NCBI GenBank assembly: GCA_038874115.1
Contig: JAVZDC010000002.1
Span: 110,531-174,530, forward strand
DNA: 64,000 nucleotides
Origin: an archaeon
Lineage (GTDB): Archaea; B1Sed10-29; JAVZDC01
Direction: 5' to 3'
The notes under the pieces are model-generated. The model did not search any database. It was given only the letters and a program-made list of their open reading frames with translations, and was not told the origin of the DNA. Below are positions 47,843-55,824 of the stretch, piece by piece (within the stretch, counting starts at the first letter, position 1; each line of letters starts with the position of its first letter). The position numbers and the translations under genes are program-made.

Positions 47843-49881
47843 GCGATCCCTGTAATTAATAAAGAACTAAAGTACGTTGCGGCAAGGAAAAGAATGACAG
47901 ATATTGGTAAAGTCTTTGCAATGTTTATCTTTAAAGCAAGGTCGTTTTCCCCTTCCTCTATTTTACTTGTAAAATAGGTTAAAAGCAAAGTAATTTCAAC
48001 AACATAGATTCCAAGTAAAATTATGAAGAATTCAACACTTGGTAACTGCGAGACTTCAAACTTTCCAATACTAAAGAATCCAGGAATGTTTTTCATTTTG
48101 ATTCCAGTTTGTTGAGCAGACAAACCAGAAAGAGATTGAATTATTAATTTCTGCATGCTTCCAGTGATTCCAAGTACTAAAGGAGCAATTAGAAAAGCAA
48201 TCGATTTCATCATGGCAGTTATTTCTTCCAACATGTTTTTTATTTTTGTTTGTAATTTTCTCAAATCTTTTATTTGTAAAGAAAGAGATATAAGAGCTTT
48301 TGCTGCTTGTTGAACTCCTAAACTAGCAGCATCTAAAACAATCCTAAAACTGTTTTTTATAAAGTCTGAGTATACTTCTCTTAAAGATCCGTATGCAGGG
48401 TCAAAAAAAGCACTCTGAACAGTCATTCCCAAGTTTCTTATGTTTTCACTAGTTTTTGCAAAAACTTTTGCAATTTTTGTGTGTTTTAAAAAGTTAGCTG
48501 AATATTCCATCGCTTCTTCCAAAGGTCTATTTTCCCCAAGTCTTGAAGCAACAACATAGATCCCATCTTCAAATTCTCCTTCCATTGTCATTATTTCTAA
48601 CTGCAGTTTTCTTCTTTCGATAGAAATTCCGTAAAGATAGATTGAAACAAAAGCACTAAAACTTAAGAATACCCCTGCAATCCAACCAAAATGAACGTAT
48701 CCAGTCAAATCAGCATGAGTTTGTGAGTATTGCATAGCAAGGAATGGTTCCAAAATAAAGAAACAACAAAAGAAAATAGTAAATGCAACAATGGATGCAA
48801 TAAAGACAGCAGGTACTTCAGACTTACCTATCCTCATGTAACCTTTTTTTGGAAGTTTGGGAAGATTTTCCGGAATTTTTGGTGGCACGTATACAGGAGG
48901 TCTCATACTTAAAATGTTTTTAGCAAAGATCATCGTTCCAAAAGGAATCGCAGCAACATAAAGCCCAGTTATAAGCAAAGGATTGCTTAAAAAAGGCAAG
49001 TTTCCAATCATCGCTCCTATCGGTAAAAGAATTATAAGCATTAAAGGCAGTAGGACTCCAACATAGTAAAGGTAGATCGTTGGTTGTCTCATCTTTGTTA
49101 TGTACCCGTTCATTTCTTCAGAAAGGCCAGCTAAAACATCTTCTAAAGCCTTATCTAAAATTGCATGTCTCTTTCCTTCGTCTATTTCTATTATCGAAGA
49201 TCTTATTAACATCAAGGCATGTTTAAACTGTTCACTATAGTTTCCCCATTTATACGCTAAAGCATCTAACGCTTCCTCCATAGATCTATATATTCCAAAT
49301 TTTACATCCCAACTTAATTTCTTTAAATCTTCTGCAATCTTTCCCCTTCCATGCATTCCTGCAAACTCAACTGCCTTTTCCAAGTTTGGCGTTAGTTTCA
49401 TCGAAATTATAAGATAATTTACTATCTCGGGTATACTTAGCAAAGCTTCTATCTTTTGAGCTTTTGCTGCGTTTATTATATATCGGTTATAATAGTTTGC
49501 AAGAATGAAAGGAATTAATATTAAAACTGGAGCACACATCGTAAAAATAAACATGTCTAGCTCTTGGGTAATAAAAACCATGTATCCAAGAAAACCCAGG
49601 ATTGGCAAAACAAGTATTAAAGAGATTTGTGTTACAAAGATAGGAACAGCATTTACTTCCGCAGGAGTTAAAGGCCAACCTAAAAACTCTAGAGCAGAAG
49701 CAAATTCTTTATTTTTAAACTCATTTTTTGCTTTTACGTATTTTGCAGCCATTTTTGCCAATCTTATGTAAGAATTTTCTTTGATTTGTACTTTTGGTTT
49801 TTCTATAAGCTCTTTTGAAAATGCTTCTGCAAAACCTCCAAGCGTATTTTCTTCTTCAAACCTTCTTCTTCGCTCTCTCAA
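47839..49881 (-). CDS. type IV pilus / secretion membrane platform protein (FlaJ/TadC-like, two T2SS-F-type domains)
   Basis: 680 aa polytopic membrane protein with two cytoplasmic helical domains each followed by TM helices; immediately downstream of and overlapping the secretion ATPase gene. Confidence 0.7.
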   Translation of the reverse strand: MRERRRRFEEENTLGGFAEAFSKELIEKPKVQIKENSYIRLAKMAAKYVKAKNEFKNKEFASALEFLGWPLTPAEVNAVPIFVTQISLILVLPILGFLGYMVFITQELDMFIFTMCAPVLILIPFILANYYNRYIINAAKAQKIEALLSIPEIVNYLIISMKLTPNLEKAVEFAGMHGRGKIAEDLKKLSWDVKFGIYRSMEEALDALAYKWGNYSEQFKHALMLIRSSIIEIDEGKRHAILDKALEDVLAGLSEEMNGYITKMRQPTIYLYYVGVLLPLMLIILLPIGAMIGNLPFLSNPLLITGLYVAAIPFGTMIFAKNILSMRPPVYVPPKIPENLPKLPKKGYMRIGKSEVPAVFIASIVAFTIFFCCFFILEPFLAMQYSQTHADLTGYVHFGWIAGVFLSFSAFVSIYLYGISIERRKLQLEIMTMEGEFEDGIYVVASRLGENRPLEEAMEYSANFLKHTKIAKVFAKTSENIRNLGMTVQSAFFDPAYGSLREVYSDFIKNSFRIVLDAASLGVQQAAKALISLSLQIKDLRKLQTKIKNMLEEITAMMKSIAFLIAPLVLGITGSMQKLIIQSLSGLSAQQTGIKMKNIPGFFSIGKFEVSQLPSVEFFIILLGIYVVEITLLLTYFTSKIEEGENDLALKINIAKTLPISVILFLAATYFSSLLITGIA

Positions 49882-52144
49882 GAGCTTCCCTCCTAGCGAT
49901 AAGCGGTTTTACCTGGTTTTCTAAAAACCAGTCTTTCCATTCTTGAATTGCCATTTGATAATCAACCATTCCCAAATCTTCTCTCTGTCTTTCCAGTATT
50001 AAAAGCCAAGCATCATTAGCTGGAACAGTGTATTTCGCTTCCAATAATTCTGGTATTTGGTATTTATTCTTTTGGTCTACTGCAAATTGTTTTATTTCTG
50101 CCCTTGCGTTTATGTCTTCCCAGATTTGTTCAAAAGTTAGTCCTCTTCTTGCACTAATTCTTTTAAAAATCTCAGACTTTCTACAATTTTCTTCTAAAAC
50201 CTTAAAAGAATCTTTATCTACATTGTATTCTATAAGTTGCAAGAAACCATTTTCTTTTTCCGGATCTGAATACCAATGTTTTTCCACACTCGTTATTTCC
50301 ACAACTCTCCTATGTCTTTTCAAAGACCCCTTAAACCTTATTGGAGCACAAACTACACAAACGTCTGTTGCTTTGAAAGAAGTATTTGGAACTCCTAAAT
50401 CGTTTACGATTCTGTCCCATACTGAATATGCGGATTCTCCGTGGATAGTTCCCATAACTACGTTACCTACAGCACCAACTCTCATAGCTTCGTACAAAAC
50501 TAAAGCTTCTTTAGATCTAACTTCTCCAACTATCAATACTGAATCTCCAAGCCTTAAAGCAGTCCTTAATGCTTCTTCTGGCGGTACTTCAGCACTTGTT
50601 CTAGATACTGCTATTGCTGATTGCGTTTTTAATCTTTGAATGTTAAATCCAAGCCCTTTCATGAATTCGACTGGAAGTTCTAAAGTGTCTTCTAGAGTTA
50701 GAATTCTTAAACTTGGCAATATTTCCAACATTAAAGCTTGAAGAAGAGATGTTTTCCCTGCCCCTCTTGAACCAACAACAAGAGTGGATGCTTGCGCATC
50801 TATTAAATAAGATAATAAACCAGCTACTTTGCTATCTATCATTTTTACATCTATAAATTGTTGTAATGTCCACGGAGTTTCTTTATGCAATCTTAGTGCA
50901 AACGCAGTACCATCAGGGGATAAAGGTGGTCCAATAACTGCAATTCTTGTTTGTAAATCTCTTAAATCAAAATCCAAGACCGGATGGGCTTCATCAAAAG
51001 GTCTTCCAGAAAGGGCTCTAAACCTAGATACCAAAGTTTTTGCTTCTTCTTCAGTAAAAACAACGTTTGTTTGGCAAGAACCATATTCTCCATGCACAAC
51101 GTAGACAGGTTTGGTTCCAAGAGGAGCATCGATATAGACATCAGTTAACTTTCTATCAGAAAGCAACAATTCCAATATCCCGTAACCAACAGTATATCTG
51201 CAAACAATTCCAGCAATTTCCGAAGCTTCTTTTCCAGTAATTTTTATTCCATGTTTATTGGCCAAATCTATAATCGTTGTTTCATAAACTCCAAGCAAAT
51301 AGTTCCTTAGTTCTTCCGGATTAGCAAAATGTAATCCTTCAGGAGAATAAGTTGAAACAATATCTTTAGTCTTCGAAAGTAAAAAGTATTTTTCTGGAGG
51401 CAAGTTGTATTCTGGAGGGGCAATATAATAAAGATATTGAACTTTTGCTGGATGTTTGTATATATTTACAGTCGCATCTTTTACATAATATTGGTCCACT
51501 AATTCTATTTCTTCTGGAGTTGCGAAAAAAACTCTGGATGCAACAAAAGCAGGTTTTATTTGAGCTTCAAATAAACTATGATAAATAGTTCTTCCTGGCG
51601 GAATTCTCCCAAGCTTTTTTATAATTTCTTTTGTTTTTTGAATTAGAGTAGTTTTTTCAAAAGCAGCTAACATGAAATATAGTGTATTTAAGTATATGTC
51701 GCTACATTCTTTTTCTATTCCTTGAAGGCCGGCATTCCTTTCATTCTCTCTTTTCAAAGCTTCAACCAAAGTTAAATATGCTCGGAGAGGGTCTGTTTTT
51801 AAAAGATCTTGAGCAATGGAGACGACTAATGAATACCGTCCAGGAATTTCTCCTTCGCATTGAGGATGGCCAAGTCTTGAAGAATTCCACACTCCTTCCC
51901 TATAAAATAAGTTCCCCAATTCTCCGATTTCTTTAAGCATTTTTGTTTGTTCTTCAGAATATATTATTTCATAAACTTCAGCTAGAACAACCATGTCTGC
52001 ATTTGTTCTAGCCAACTTTTCTATAACTTCCCTCATGCATTGTGGAAAATCAGCAACAGAAGGGCCCCACTCGCTTCCTCTATAATCAATGATTAAATAC
52101 CTCTTTGTTCCTTCTGTTTTTATTGTGAAATCATGCGCAGCCAT
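49856..52144 (-). CDS. type II/IV secretion-system ATPase (FlaI/VirB11/PilB superfamily) with long N-terminal extension
   Basis: 762 aa; Walker A VVGSRGAGKTSLLQAL, downstream conserved Asp/Glu and His boxes typical of secretion ATPases. Confidence 0.85.
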   Translation of the reverse strand: MAAHDFTIKTEGTKRYLIIDYRGSEWGPSVADFPQCMREVIEKLARTNADMVVLAEVYEIIYSEEQTKMLKEIGELGNLFYREGVWNSSRLGHPQCEGEIPGRYSLVVSIAQDLLKTDPLRAYLTLVEALKRENERNAGLQGIEKECSDIYLNTLYFMLAAFEKTTLIQKTKEIIKKLGRIPPGRTIYHSLFEAQIKPAFVASRVFFATPEEIELVDQYYVKDATVNIYKHPAKVQYLYYIAPPEYNLPPEKYFLLSKTKDIVSTYSPEGLHFANPEELRNYLLGVYETTIIDLANKHGIKITGKEASEIAGIVCRYTVGYGILELLLSDRKLTDVYIDAPLGTKPVYVVHGEYGSCQTNVVFTEEEAKTLVSRFRALSGRPFDEAHPVLDFDLRDLQTRIAVIGPPLSPDGTAFALRLHKETPWTLQQFIDVKMIDSKVAGLLSYLIDAQASTLVVGSRGAGKTSLLQALMLEILPSLRILTLEDTLELPVEFMKGLGFNIQRLKTQSAIAVSRTSAEVPPEEALRTALRLGDSVLIVGEVRSKEALVLYEAMRVGAVGNVVMGTIHGESAYSVWDRIVNDLGVPNTSFKATDVCVVCAPIRFKGSLKRHRRVVEITSVEKHWYSDPEKENGFLQLIEYNVDKDSFKVLEENCRKSEIFKRISARRGLTFEQIWEDINARAEIKQFAVDQKNKYQIPELLEAKYTVPANDAWLLILERQREDLGMVDYQMAIQEWKDWFLENQVKPLIARREALERAKKKV

Positions 52145-52657
52145 TTTAACATTCCTCGTTCCGAATTCGTGAAAGCGACTTTTTTTACTTTTAAAATCTT
52201 GCTATTTTTTTCTATTTTTATAACTCTACTCTCTTTTATAAATCTTTATCCTCTTAAAGTCTTTGTGGCTAAAGGCGTCTCTTTTTTATTAACTCTTTTT
52301 GGTGTACCGCATGTTTTAATCTTCTCAAGCCCAGAGCCAAGCATTTTTGTAGATAATGTCGAAGCCCAAATAAAGGACTTATGTGTTGGACATATGGAAA
52401 TTGCGTTGATTTGTTCGATAATCTTAGCTTGTGATGATCGTTCTGTTAAATCTCGAGTTCTTGGTGCCTTTTGTTCTATTCCTTTTGTTTTTTTCTTAAA
52501 TCCTTTAAGAATCTCGGTCGTTTTGTTTTTTGGGCATTATTTCTCCTGGCCTTTTGCAGACTTTATTCATGATGTTCTTTTCAGGCTCACTCTTTTTATT
52601 GTAATTCTTATTTACTTTCTGATTTGGTATGTTTTATCCTGGAAGTTTAAGTTATAA
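52133..52657 (+). CDS. possible small polytopic membrane protein with Cys-Ser / Asn-x-x-Arg motifs (exosortase/archaeosortase-like?), or non-coding
   Basis: 174-aa ORF in the 550-bp divergent intergenic region; TM helices, EIALICSIILAC and FLNPLRISV. May be spurious (AT-rich DNA gives hydrophobic ORFs) or may start internally. Confidence 0.3.
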   Translation: MRSHFNIPRSEFVKATFFTFKILLFFSIFITLLSFINLYPLKVFVAKGVSFLLTLFGVPHVLIFSSPEPSIFVDNVEAQIKDLCVGHMEIALICSIILACDDRSVKSRVLGAFCSIPFVFFLNPLRISVVLFFGHYFSWPFADFIHDVLFRLTLFIVILIYFLIWYVLSWKFKL

Positions 52658-52696
52658 CTAAGAAAAAATTTAAATAGTTTTAGGCATTAGAAAATT

Positions 52697-53833
52697 ATGT
52701 CAAAGAAAATAATTTCAAATGCTTTCTTACTTTTGGTTTTGGCGAGTGTAGGATTCGCTGGATTCCAGACAATTTCTCCTTCCGAAGGAGGGTTTGTTTT
52801 TACTGACTTTCAAGAAATGACGATGTCTGGGTTTGCAGATTTTCTTGCTGAGAAAGCTTTGGAAAAGAAAGGAACGTATTTTGTTCATATAACTTCTGCA
52901 GATTGTAAAATTAATTTAGATAACTTCCGCGACTTTGCTTCTTCTACAAACTATGTAACAGTTTCCAAATATTCTATTGAAGATACTTCTTCTGGCAAAT
53001 CGCAAGATACTTTTTATCCAGGGTATTATGTTTTTAGTGTGAAAGATAAGGGAAAGGAAACTGTAAGTATTTCTGGCAAGGCTTTGAAAAAGGAGAGTAC
53101 TAGTTTACCGGATAAAGAATGCATTAGCAAATACCAAGGAGTTAGAGCAGATCAATGGGCGGGTTTCGGAAAAGAAAATGCCGGAATTCTCTATAGTGCC
53201 AGTAATCTTGTATACCCTGAGGATCAAGGAGAGGAATGCGGAAATATAGTTGCATGGTGGGGGGCGGCACAGAGACTCACCGGTATGGGGGCTGATCGGG
53301 CGGGGTGCGATACCAATGAGGGTGTGCCTATGCCAAGAGTCTATTACCGAGTGGTGCAAGATATTTTAGGGTTAGAACCTAAAGATTGTAGTGGCACCTT
53401 GGAAGATTGTTGTATATCTCATGCTACAGAGTGGATGAAGAACAATATTCGATATGATTCTTTCAGCGTTTTAAAGTACAACGATACCGCGATTTATTAT
53501 GACGGTGTTAATATTCCTTTAACTTATTATAATTATTATGCCACGGTTAAACCAAAAGTAGATAAAGGAACAGAAATGAATCCCAAGTGTTTTGGTTCGG
53601 GAATTCAGCGCTTTTGGTGGATCGTGGATTATTTATACTGTGTAAAGGGTTCAAAATGCATGGAGTCTGATGGTTCAAGGTTCGTTGCGCCTTGCAGTGC
53701 TAAATCCGGTTATGGAACATGCTGTCATGGAGATGTCCTTTATAGTGATGATGGAAAACCGCACTGTTGCCCAAGCGGTTACTCCAAAGTCATAGATTTT
53801 GGAAATGGAAATGTTCGGTGCTTTAAGAGTTAA
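52697..53833 (+). CDS. secreted cysteine-rich protein (378 aa)
   Basis: N-terminal signal peptide (KKIISNAFLLLVLASVGFAG), many Cys including CC pairs (DCCISHA, TCCHGD, PHCCPSG); locally elevated GC. Confidence 0.7.
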   Translation: MSKKIISNAFLLLVLASVGFAGFQTISPSEGGFVFTDFQEMTMSGFADFLAEKALEKKGTYFVHITSADCKINLDNFRDFASSTNYVTVSKYSIEDTSSGKSQDTFYPGYYVFSVKDKGKETVSISGKALKKESTSLPDKECISKYQGVRADQWAGFGKENAGILYSASNLVYPEDQGEECGNIVAWWGAAQRLTGMGADRAGCDTNEGVPMPRVYYRVVQDILGLEPKDCSGTLEDCCISHATEWMKNNIRYDSFSVLKYNDTAIYYDGVNIPLTYYNYYATVKPKVDKGTEMNPKCFGSGIQRFWWIVDYLYCVKGSKCMESDGSRFVAPCSAKSGYGTCCHGDVLYSDDGKPHCCPSGYSKVIDFGNGNVRCFKS

Positions 53834-53864
53834 TCTTTAAATTCTTATTTTCCCTTGTTTATTC

Positions 53865-54407
53865 ATGAAAGGACAAGAATCTGCACCAATTGAGCTTCTT
53901 TTAGGGACGATAATCCTAAGCTTTGTGTTAGTTTTGGTTTATTTTACTTACCAAAATCTTTCTGGAAAGCAATATTCTGCAGCATTACAAGTTGCATTTT
54001 CAAAACTTGGAAGTGAGTTGGAATTTGTGTACCAAGGAGCTGTGGGTACAAAAAGAGTACTTTCTTTAGATTTTTCTCCTTTAGAGGGCACAGGAAAAAA
54101 GACAGCGATAAAAATTCTTCATGGGCACAAGGAGACATGTTTAAAACAAACTGGAAAAGAAAACTGTTGGCAATTGATCGCCGTACAAGGTGAAGAAGGA
54201 CAAGCAGGAGTTTTATATTCTTTAGCATTAAACATTCCAACATCAATCGCGATAAAATTCAAGAATGCAACAGGAGACGAAGCGGTATGTGAAAATGAAT
54301 ACAGTTCTTGGAGCTCTCCTATACCTTGCCAATGGAAACCTACAAGATATACTTTGACTATAGAAAAGACAAGCAATAATGAAATAATAATTAGTCAAGT
54401 GAGTTAA
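53865..54407 (+). CDS. prepilin-like protein (class III signal peptide)
   Basis: N-terminus MKGQESAPIELLLGTIILSFVLVLVYF (KGQ + hydrophobic helix). Confidence 0.6.
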   Translation: MKGQESAPIELLLGTIILSFVLVLVYFTYQNLSGKQYSAALQVAFSKLGSELEFVYQGAVGTKRVLSLDFSPLEGTGKKTAIKILHGHKETCLKQTGKENCWQLIAVQGEEGQAGVLYSLALNIPTSIAIKFKNATGDEAVCENEYSSWSSPIPCQWKPTRYTLTIEKTSNNEIIISQVS

Positions 54408-54408
54408 T

Positions 54409-54921
54409 TTGCGAGGAATATCTGTCTGGCTTTTTTCAAAAATAATAATGCTTCTTTTCGTATTTTTAGCATTCGCATTAATGACGTCTTTTTATGTCTC
54501 AGTGAAAGAAAAAGAATTTACAGATTCTGCATATTTCTTTACTGAACAATTAAAAGAAAGAATTCAGATGATTGCTTTTGCAGACGTTCTTGAATCTCAG
54601 ACTCAGTTTTATTTACCAAAAACTCTTCCAGAAGAAAGGCAAGAAAAAGGAAGATTTTATACTTTAACTATAGGGAAAAAAGAAGATGTTTTCTATATTC
54701 TTCTTTCTTGGGGGACAGAAAAATCTCCGAAAAAATATTTAGTTGCTCAAGGTTTTAATATAAGTAAGGAATATAAGGTTAATAAGCAAGATTCTTGTAA
54801 GATAACTGTCCAATCATCGGAATATATTTGGTTAAATATCTCTAAGAAAGAAAAAGAGTTGACAATCCAAAAATGTAAGTCATCGACATCCTGTGACCAA
54901 CCAAAATGTGAGGGTTCATGA
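54409..54921 (+). CDS. prepilin-like protein (class III signal peptide)
   Basis: N-terminus MRGISVWLFSKIIMLLFVFLAFALM (RG + hydrophobic helix). Confidence 0.55.
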   Translation: MRGISVWLFSKIIMLLFVFLAFALMTSFYVSVKEKEFTDSAYFFTEQLKERIQMIAFADVLESQTQFYLPKTLPEERQEKGRFYTLTIGKKEDVFYILLSWGTEKSPKKYLVAQGFNISKEYKVNKQDSCKITVQSSEYIWLNISKKEKELTIQKCKSSTSCDQPKCEGS

Positions 54922-55304
54922 AAGGGTACATTGGTCCTTTAGGGGATGATATTCCAGGAATAATTTCCATAGTTTTAGCATTCTCAATTTTCTTTGCTGG
55001 TTTTTCTATAGCAATGACTACTTTGAATGAAAAAACTGTTGTTATTCAAAAGTTTAAGGGAACCATGGAAATTGCGAAAGCAATAAATTCAAAAACCGTT
55101 CTTCCAGAGAATTTGGAAGATTTACGGAAAGATGCACAGAGAATTGCAACTACAAGAGCTTTACAGTTTAATCTTTCTTATAAAGATACAAGAAGTCAAA
55201 TGGTTTGTGGAGAAAAAGCATTTTATCTTACATACTTTGTTGCAAGATATAATCAAGGTCAAACAGAAATAGTTCCAGATATATTGACAATTTGCGTTTG
55301 GTGA
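54918..55304 (+). CDS. prepilin-like protein (class III signal peptide)
   Basis: N-terminus MKGYIGPLGDDIPGIISIVLAFSIFFAGF; start overlaps the preceding gene stop by 4 nt. Confidence 0.5.
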   Translation: MKGYIGPLGDDIPGIISIVLAFSIFFAGFSIAMTTLNEKTVVIQKFKGTMEIAKAINSKTVLPENLEDLRKDAQRIATTRALQFNLSYKDTRSQMVCGEKAFYLTYFVARYNQGQTEIVPDILTICVW

Positions 55305-55308
55305 ATGA

Positions 55309-55824
55309 ATGAATAAAGCCCAAGCAGCTCTTTTCGACGCTCTTTTCTTTATGTTTTTAGCAGCTGGAGCAGCTTACTTATTACTTTTCGTGGCTGCAAA
55401 CTATGCTGCGGATACACAAAATCAAGTAGCTTTCACGTATAATTATGATTATCTCTCAAACGTTTTTGTAGCGTTACATTATTTAAAAGATGATTCTGGA
55501 AACTTTTTTTGGTTAAAATTTGAAGAAAAATTGGGGAAAGAAGAACAAAGTTGCAATTATTTGAAAGATTATTTTGGTTTGACAAAGGTTACTTATGATC
55601 CAAACGATCATGAAAAAGCAAAACCTATTTTAGAACTTTTGAATGCTTCAAGTCCAAGTGATTGTTTTGTTTTGGAAATAAGGGAAAATGGGTGCAAGAT
55701 ATACGTTTCCGGAAGTGAGGCTACTTGCGAAGAAAGCAAAGAAAGAAATCAAGTAATTGCTTATTCCACCGGAATTTCTAAAGGTCTTAAATCTTATACT
55801 TTAACTTTGAAGGTTTTGCGCTGA
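55309..55824 (+). CDS. prepilin-like protein (class III signal peptide)
   Basis: N-terminus MNKAQAALFDALFFMFLAAGAAYLLLF (K-A-Q + hydrophobic helix). Confidence 0.5.
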   Translation: MNKAQAALFDALFFMFLAAGAAYLLLFVAANYAADTQNQVAFTYNYDYLSNVFVALHYLKDDSGNFFWLKFEEKLGKEEQSCNYLKDYFGLTKVTYDPNDHEKAKPILELLNASSPSDCFVLEIRENGCKIYVSGSEATCEESKERNQVIAYSTGISKGLKSYTLTLKVLR

